64,000 nt of DNA from Chitinophagales bacterium (lineage in GTDB: Bacteria; Bacteroidota; Bacteroidia; Chitinophagales; UBA8649), in assembly GCA_020635995.1 (NCBI GenBank), contig JACJYS010000001.1, positions 370,191 to 434,190 of the forward strand, read 5' to 3'. The notes under the pieces were generated by a model. The model was given only the letters and a program-made list of their open reading frames with translations, was not told the DNA's origin and searched no databases. The position numbers and the translations under genes are program-made. Positions 55,266 to 61,130 of this stretch are shown one piece after another. Positions within the stretch are counted from its first letter, which is position 1. The number at the start of each line of letters is the position of its first letter.

Positions 55266-56749
55266 TAAAGCTTATAAATATAAACGGAATTATTAAATAC
55301 ATCAACTAAAGGAAAGCGAGAAGAAATATTTAATTCCTCAACTCTTTCTGCTCCCAGTACAAATAAATAGCTTGCTCCTTTTTCTTTATAACGCAACATA
55401 TCTTCTTCTGTAGAAAAACTACTGTATGCTCTTGACCAACCATATCTGTTAATTAAATAAAAAGCCGCACAATAAGATTCTTCTCCATAATACAATATTT
55501 TTTTATCTTGGGTTATACCTAAGCTATCTAAATAATTTTGACTTATATAATAAAAAGGCTCTACAGCCATAGCATACGGGTTTTCGTATCTATAGTGCAT
55601 TCGCCTGTCGTTGTGCTGAATATTAAAAAAAACAAAGACTATGGTTAAACCCCAAAACCACTTTTTATTAATCCAAAGAGCATCTTTAAAAACATAAAAA
55701 AATGCTAAAAAATTAACCATAAAAAATGGCATTAAATTAACCGCATAATAATCGTGGTGGGCAAACTGAGCAAAATAAAGAGCTACAAAGCTTAAAACGC
55801 CAAAAAAATACAATGCTAACGCCATTTTTATATGGAAATTTACTTTTTTGCTTATTAACAAAAAAACAAAAAGAGCCAATGATAAATATATAGTTACTTT
55901 CCAATAAAACTCTGGAAACCAGCCCCAGTTTTGAGTTAATCTGTCAAAAATGAATTTTTTAGTTTCTGCATCTACACTCCAAAAAGGTTTTGTGGCTAAT
56001 AAGAAATAATCATTGCCATTAATACTTTGGTAATGTTTTGAATACAGCACCCACAAACCAAATACAATAAACGGAACTATACTTAAAAAGCTTAACCAAA
56101 TAGTTTTGCCATTAAATAACTTGTGTTCCTTTTTTACAAATAGTAAATCTATTAGCCAAACGCCTATAAGTACACATAAAGGAATTAACGCAGTAACTTT
56201 TATTAGCCCAGCCAATGTAATAGTGAGTAAAGCAATAAAAAAATATTTTTTCTTGTGTTTTGAGTAAAATAAATAAAAATTATAAGTAGCAATGTACGAT
56301 AAAGCAAGTGCCGGTACGTCTGGCAGAAAATTATTGGCATAAAAATTTACAACAGGCGAAGAAAATCCCAATGCTGTTATTACTAAAGCAAAAAAAGTAT
56401 TTTTTAAAAGGGAATAACTTAGCTTAAACAAAGAAAATAAACCAAGAAAAAACAATAAAGTGTTTACTGCTCTAAACAAAAATTCATGATAGCCCAAAAC
56501 TTTATAAAGTTTACCTACTAAATAATAAATAATGGGAAATTCACCTACTGTTTTGCCATCGTTGCCCAATAAATTATGCAACCGAGGTTCTAATAAAGAA
56601 GCATTTTTTTGATAGTATGTTAAAGCAAAAGAAGCTCCGTCCGTTTGTCGCCAAGTATGAGAAGAGCAAGGGCGTTTTAATAAAATTTCATGATAATTGT
56701 AGGTAAATGACAATATTAATATTAGCAGTATAAAATAAACATTTTTCAT
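55265..56749 (-). CDS. ArnT/PMT-like (GT39/GT83-type) polytopic glycosyltransferase, putative
   Basis: 494 aa. TM1, then loop 'HTWRQTDGASFALTYY...GEFPIIYYLVGKLY', then about 11 more helices and a hydrophilic C-terminal domain. Confidence 0.5.
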   Translation of the reverse strand: MKNVYFILLILILSFTYNYHEILLKRPCSSHTWRQTDGASFALTYYQKNASLLEPRLHNLLGNDGKTVGEFPIIYYLVGKLYKVLGYHEFLFRAVNTLLFFLGLFSLFKLSYSLLKNTFFALVITALGFSSPVVNFYANNFLPDVPALALSYIATYNFYLFYSKHKKKYFFIALLTITLAGLIKVTALIPLCVLIGVWLIDLLFVKKEHKLFNGKTIWLSFLSIVPFIVFGLWVLYSKHYQSINGNDYFLLATKPFWSVDAETKKFIFDRLTQNWGWFPEFYWKVTIYLSLALFVFLLISKKVNFHIKMALALYFFGVLSFVALYFAQFAHHDYYAVNLMPFFMVNFLAFFYVFKDALWINKKWFWGLTIVFVFFNIQHNDRRMHYRYENPYAMAVEPFYYISQNYLDSLGITQDKKILYYGEESYCAAFYLINRYGWSRAYSSFSTEEDMLRYKEKGASYLFVLGAERVEELNISSRFPLVDVFNNSVYIYKL

Positions 56750-56772
56750 ATTGTCAGTTCTCTTATTGCTGT

Positions 56773-56780
56773 CAAAACTA
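56773..56780 (-). promoter_or_regulatory. candidate -7 box (TAGTTTTG) for the GT-C-like triad
   Basis: The minus-strand TAnnTTTG starts on the rnc TAG stop codon and ends 23 nt before the ATG at 56749. Confidence 0.35.
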
Positions 56781-57476
56781 ACTTTTTAAATACATTTCAG
56801 AAACTTTTTGCTCTGCATTTTTTATGGTACTACCTTGTGCTTCGTGTTTTTTGTTTCCATTTATATAAAGTCCTACGGTAAATCTGTTTTTATAATCTTC
56901 GGGTATTTCTTTAAGTACTTTATATTTCATATCAAAGTTTTTTTGCTGCGATTTTGACAACAATAAACTTTTATAATCTTTAGTATTTAGTATTTCTTCC
57001 CAGTCAACATGGTTGGCTATTATTTTTTCTAAAATAAATGTTTTGGTTTGGGCAAATCCTTTGTCTAAATATATGGCACCTATTAATGCTTCAAGCACAT
57101 TGCCACCCAAGTTTTCAAAAGTATCTAAATTTAATTTTTTATCACACTGGCAATGCTCATGCAAATAAAGTTTTTCTGATAGCTCATTCAATACATTTCG
57201 GCTAACTAATTTACTTCTTATTTTTGATAGCTCGCCTTCTTTTTTTGTAGGAAATTTTTTATAAATTAATTCACTTACCACAGTATCTAAAACACTGTCG
57301 CCTAAAAATTCTAAGCGTTCATAATTTTTTGATTTATGTAATGATTTATGCCTAAAAGCCATTACATAATAGTCAATATTTTGAGGAAAAACACCTGTTG
57401 TTCTATATATAAATTGGTGAAATTCATCTTTTCTATGAGTAGAAAATAGACCTTTTATTTTCTCAAAAAAATTCAA
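56778..57476 (-). CDS. rnc: ribonuclease III
   Basis: Signature 'ERLEFLGDSVLD' and a C-terminal dsRBD-like region. Confidence 0.9.
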   Translation of the reverse strand: MNFFEKIKGLFSTHRKDEFHQFIYRTTGVFPQNIDYYVMAFRHKSLHKSKNYERLEFLGDSVLDTVVSELIYKKFPTKKEGELSKIRSKLVSRNVLNELSEKLYLHEHCQCDKKLNLDTFENLGGNVLEALIGAIYLDKGFAQTKTFILEKIIANHVDWEEILNTKDYKSLLLSKSQQKNFDMKYKVLKEIPEDYKNRFTVGLYINGNKKHEAQGSTIKNAEQKVSEMYLKS

Positions 57477-57484
57477 AATACTGC

Positions 57485-58735
57485 TTAGATTTTTTTAAAA
57501 ATAACTGAAGCATTATGTCCTCCAAAACCAAAAGTATTGCTCAAAGCAAAATTTATTTCTCTTTCTTGGGCTTTATTTAAAGTTAAGTTCAGTTTTTGGT
57601 CTATTGCTTCATCGGGATGCTTAAAATTAATGGTAGGCGGAACGGTGCTGTTTTTTATAGCCATAATACAAGCTACGGCTTCTATAGCTCCTGCCGCTCC
57701 TAATAAATGCCCCGTCATAGATTTTGTAGAAGATATATTTAACTTATACGCTTGCTCTCCAAAAACTTCTTTTATTGCCAATGTTTCAGAAATATCGCCT
57801 AAAGGCGTTGATGTGCCGTGTACATTTATATAATCAATATCTTCCGGCTTTAATTTAGCATCATTAAGAGCATTTCTCATTACATTAATAGCTCCCAGTC
57901 CTTCGGGGTGTGGTGCTGTTAAATGATGTGCATCGGCACTCATGCCGCCACCTACTACTTCGGCATATATTTTAGCTCCTCTTGCTTTAGCGTGTTCGTA
58001 TTCTTCAAGTATTAGTCCGGCAGCTCCTTCGCCCATCACAAAACCATCTCTTGTTTTGTCAAAAGGTCGGGAAGCGGTTTTATACTCATCATTATTTTCA
58101 GAAAGTGCTTTCATGGCATTAAATCCGCCTATGCCACCTTCGCATATTGATGCTTCTGAACCGCCTGTTACAAACAAATCTGCCATACCCAAGCGAATGT
58201 AATTAAAAGCATCTATCATACTGTTAGTAGAAGAAGCACACGCAGATACTACCGAAAAATTAGGTCCTCTTAAGCCATATCGCATAGATATATGCCCCGG
58301 AGCTATATCTATTATCATTTTAGGAATAAAAAAGGGATTGAAACGCGGAGTTCCAGTGCCCGTAAAAAATTCTGAAATTTCTTGCTGAAATATTTGTATT
58401 CCGCCTATTCCGCTACTCCATATTACACCAAATCTATCTTTGTTTACCTCATTATTATCTACTAATCCGGCATCTGTCATGGCTTCATGAGCTGCTGCCA
58501 TAGCAAACTGGCTAAACGGGTCTAAACGCTTAATTTCTTTACGGTCTAAGTGGTCGTTTATATCAAAGTTTTTAAGCTCGCAAGCAAACTTTGTTTTAAA
58601 TTGGCTGGTATCAAAATGAGTAATGGGAGCAGCTCCGCTAACTCCCATTTTTAAATTATTCCAATAATCATTAAGATTGTTGCCAATGGGAGTAAGAGCA
58701 CCTAATCCTGTAACTACTACTCGCTTCAGCTCCAT
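57485..58735 (-). CDS. fabF: 3-oxoacyl-ACP synthase II
   Basis: Active-site 'SACASS', 'HGTSTPLGD' and 'GHLLGAAG'. 416 aa. Confidence 0.95.
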   Translation of the reverse strand: MELKRVVVTGLGALTPIGNNLNDYWNNLKMGVSGAAPITHFDTSQFKTKFACELKNFDINDHLDRKEIKRLDPFSQFAMAAAHEAMTDAGLVDNNEVNKDRFGVIWSSGIGGIQIFQQEISEFFTGTGTPRFNPFFIPKMIIDIAPGHISMRYGLRGPNFSVVSACASSTNSMIDAFNYIRLGMADLFVTGGSEASICEGGIGGFNAMKALSENNDEYKTASRPFDKTRDGFVMGEGAAGLILEEYEHAKARGAKIYAEVVGGGMSADAHHLTAPHPEGLGAINVMRNALNDAKLKPEDIDYINVHGTSTPLGDISETLAIKEVFGEQAYKLNISSTKSMTGHLLGAAGAIEAVACIMAIKNSTVPPTINFKHPDEAIDQKLNLTLNKAQEREINFALSNTFGFGGHNASVIFKKI

Positions 58736-58743
58736 ACTTAATA

Positions 58744-58980
58744 TTATTTTGTATTTTCTTCTAAATATTTAACAGCATCTCCTACAGTAGCTATAGTTTC
58801 TGCTTTTTCATCTGGAATAGAAATATTAAATTCTTTTTCAAATTCCATTATTAATTCTACGGTGTCTAATGAATCTGCACCTAAATCATTAGTGAAACTT
58901 GCCTCAGCCGTTACTTCAGATTCTTCTACACCTAATTTGTCAACTATTATTTTGGTTACTTTTTCTTTAATTTCTGACAT
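58744..58980 (-). CDS. acpP: acyl carrier protein
   Basis: '[12 protein letters not shown]' phosphopantetheine site. The ATG at 58980 gives the canonical 78-aa ACP (MSEIKEKV...). The track's start at 59013 would cover the predicted -7 box. Confidence 0.95.
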   Translation of the reverse strand: MSEIKEKVTKIIVDKLGVEESEVTAEASFTNDLGADSLDTVELIMEFEKEFNISIPDEKAETIATVGDAVKYLEENTK

Positions 58981-59010
58981 GATTGTTTTTTTTGTTTTGA
59001 TTAACTCGGG

Positions 59011-59018
59011 CAAATTTA
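59011..59018 (-). promoter_or_regulatory. candidate -7 box (TAAATTTG) upstream of acpP-fabF-rnc
   Basis: Minus-strand TAnnTTTG 30 nt before the ATG at 58980. Confidence 0.35.
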
Positions 59019-59074
59019 AGGTTTATTTTATCATTTTCCCTATTTTTTTGGTTGCTTTCATTATTTAACTTAAT

Positions 59075-59518
59075 TTGCATGCTGGTTTGGCAAAAGAAAA
59101 AATTACATATCAACCTAAGGTAAAACATTATATACTTGCTTTGGCTTCTACACTTAAAGATTATAGATTAAGCTATTTTATTAATGACATTTTAGCTATA
59201 GAATTGGCTAAAAAAGATGACTTAATTTATGAGAATAAAAAAGAGAGTAAAGCAAAAAAGCACAGCCTTTTTTCTTATTTTGATGAAGAAAATGACTTAC
59301 AGTACTTCCTTTTTCAAAACAAGCTTCCCGATAATGTGATTATAAAATCGTTAAAAAATTTTGATTTTTTGTTTATCATTAAAACTATAGATGAAGAAAA
59401 TCCTTTTGATATAGGCGAAGTATATAACAAGCTTAATAATATAGATGATGTTCAGTTAATATTTAAAGACCCGGCATTAAAACCTGCCGAGCAAAAAATA
59501 ATAGCTAAAGAATTTTAA
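59075..59518 (+). CDS. IPExxxVDY-family-like protein of unknown function
   Basis: 'ILALASTLKDYRLSYFINDILAIEL' and 'LPDNVIIKSLKNFDFLFIIK' resemble my recollection of the Bacteroidota IPExxxVDY family (core DYRL..., IPE...VDY). There is no in-frame ATG near the 5' end, so a TTG start is implied (59075 or 59087). Confidence 0.5.
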   Translation: MHAGLAKEKITYQPKVKHYILALASTLKDYRLSYFINDILAIELAKKDDLIYENKKESKAKKHSLFSYFDEENDLQYFLFQNKLPDNVIIKSLKNFDFLFIIKTIDEENPFDIGEVYNKLNNIDDVQLIFKDPALKPAEQKIIAKEF

Positions 59519-59521
59519 TTG

Positions 59522-59529
59522 TAGCTTTG
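59522..59529 (+). promoter_or_regulatory. candidate -7 box (TAGCTTTG) upstream of pyk
   Basis: TAnnTTTG 28 nt before the ATG at 59558. Confidence 0.35.
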
Positions 59530-59557
59530 CATTGCCAAAAAAACAAACTGAAAAAAC

Positions 59558-60982
59558 ATGAAAATTCCAATTAACAAGGTTAAAATGATAGCCACTTTTG
59601 GTCCTGCTATAAGCACTCCTGAAGTTTATCATCAATTGGTTATGTCGGGAGTAGATGTTATCCGATTTAATTTTTCTCACGGTTCTTATGACGACCACAA
59701 AAAAGGTTTTGAATTAGTAAAACAAACTAACGAAACTTTAGATGCAAAAGTTGCCATATTAGCAGACTTGCAAGGTCCTAAAATAAGACTGGGAGATATA
59801 AATGGAGAAATAGAACTGCAAAGAGGCGATATTATAGATGTATGTGATACCGAATGTGTGTGCACAAACAAAATTTTGTATATCAATTATCTTGATTTGC
59901 ATAATGAAATGCATAAAGGAGAAAGAATACTAATAAATGACGGTAGAGTAGAGCTAAAAGTAGAAGAAATAAAAGGCGATGTTATAAAAGCTAAAGTAAT
60001 AAACGGAGGGAAACTTACTTCAAGAAAAGGAGTGAACCTGCCCGATACCAATTTAACGGTACCTGCCTTAACCCCAAAAGATAAACAAGACTTAAACTTT
60101 GCACTTGAAAATGGAGCTAATTGGATAGCCTTAAGTTTTGTACGAACGGCACATGATATTGAAGAAATAGCTGAAATAATAGGCGATAAAAGAAGTCATA
60201 CTAAAATTATTGCCAAAATAGAAAAACCCGAAGCACTAAAAAATATTAAAGACATAGTTAAAGCAACGGATGGCATTATGGTAGCTCGTGGAGATTTAGG
60301 CGTAGAAATTCCTTTAGAGCAAGTTCCTTTAGCACAGAAAAAAATAATACAAAGATGTATTAAAGCTGCAAAACCCGTAATAGTGGCTACGCAAATGATG
60401 GAAAGTATGATAGAAAATCCTGTGGCTACAAGAGCAGAGGTAAACGATGTAGCAAATGCGGTAATAGACGGTGCAGATGCAGTAATGCTAAGTGCTGAAA
60501 CTTCGGTGGGCAAATATCCCGTAAAAGTGGTACAAACCATACAGCACATTTTAAGCAATGTAGAAAAGACAAATATTATCTACGATAAAAAATTAGAGGC
60601 AAAAAGAAGTTCAGAAACATTTATATCTGACGCTATATGCTACAATGCCTGCAAAATAGCTAAAGAAATAGGAGCTAAAGCTATAATAGGAATGACAAAA
60701 TCGGGATATACATCTTTTATGATAAGCAGCTACCGCCCTAAAGAACAGATTTTTATTTTTACCGACAATAAAAAACTATTGCCAACATTGAGTTTGTTTT
60801 GGGGCGTGCGAGCATTTTACTACAAAGGTTTTGAAGGAACAGATGAAACCATAACCGATGTAATAAAACTTTTACAAACTAAAAACCTACTAAAAGAAGG
60901 CGATATAGTAGTAAATACCGCCAGCATGCCATTAGATAAACGTGGCAAAACCAATACTGTGAAAGTTAGCTTAGTTAAGTAG
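59558..60982 (+). CDS. pyk: pyruvate kinase
   Basis: 'IATFGPA', 'IRFNFSHG', 'IIAKIEKPEA' and 'MVARGDLGVEIP'. 474 aa. Confidence 0.95.
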   Translation: MKIPINKVKMIATFGPAISTPEVYHQLVMSGVDVIRFNFSHGSYDDHKKGFELVKQTNETLDAKVAILADLQGPKIRLGDINGEIELQRGDIIDVCDTECVCTNKILYINYLDLHNEMHKGERILINDGRVELKVEEIKGDVIKAKVINGGKLTSRKGVNLPDTNLTVPALTPKDKQDLNFALENGANWIALSFVRTAHDIEEIAEIIGDKRSHTKIIAKIEKPEALKNIKDIVKATDGIMVARGDLGVEIPLEQVPLAQKKIIQRCIKAAKPVIVATQMMESMIENPVATRAEVNDVANAVIDGADAVMLSAETSVGKYPVKVVQTIQHILSNVEKTNIIYDKKLEAKRSSETFISDAICYNACKIAKEIGAKAIIGMTKSGYTSFMISSYRPKEQIFIFTDNKKLLPTLSLFWGVRAFYYKGFEGTDETITDVIKLLQTKNLLKEGDIVVNTASMPLDKRGKTNTVKVSLVK

Positions 60983-61130
60983 ATAAATTTATTTATATTT
61001 ATTTCTTATTGATTTTGTGTAAAATATAAAATACAATATTTTTTTTTTCACTAAATTTAGATTATAGTATTAAATTGCCATATTAAATTACTACCTTTAG
61101 GCTTTATTTTTAAACTAAAATTTTATTTTG

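Noticed and set aside
58981-59013. Longer N-terminal extensions offered by the track (acpP at 59013; also 506, 2790, 16633, 27616, 39884)
   Set aside because: Internal ATG or GTG starts give canonical N-termini or signal peptides (MSEIKEKV for ACP, MKKFLSS, MKTLK, MNHYKIIIIGSG, MKKITN, KKVLILSYYFPP). They also leave room for the predicted -7 boxes and divergent promoters.
60983-61130. Largest intergenic gap (148 nt, pyk to adhesin), inspected for an sRNA, tRNA or riboswitch
   Set aside because: It is extremely AT-rich with homopolymer runs. I could find no stable stem-loops, no conserved RNA motifs and no TAnnTTTG box.
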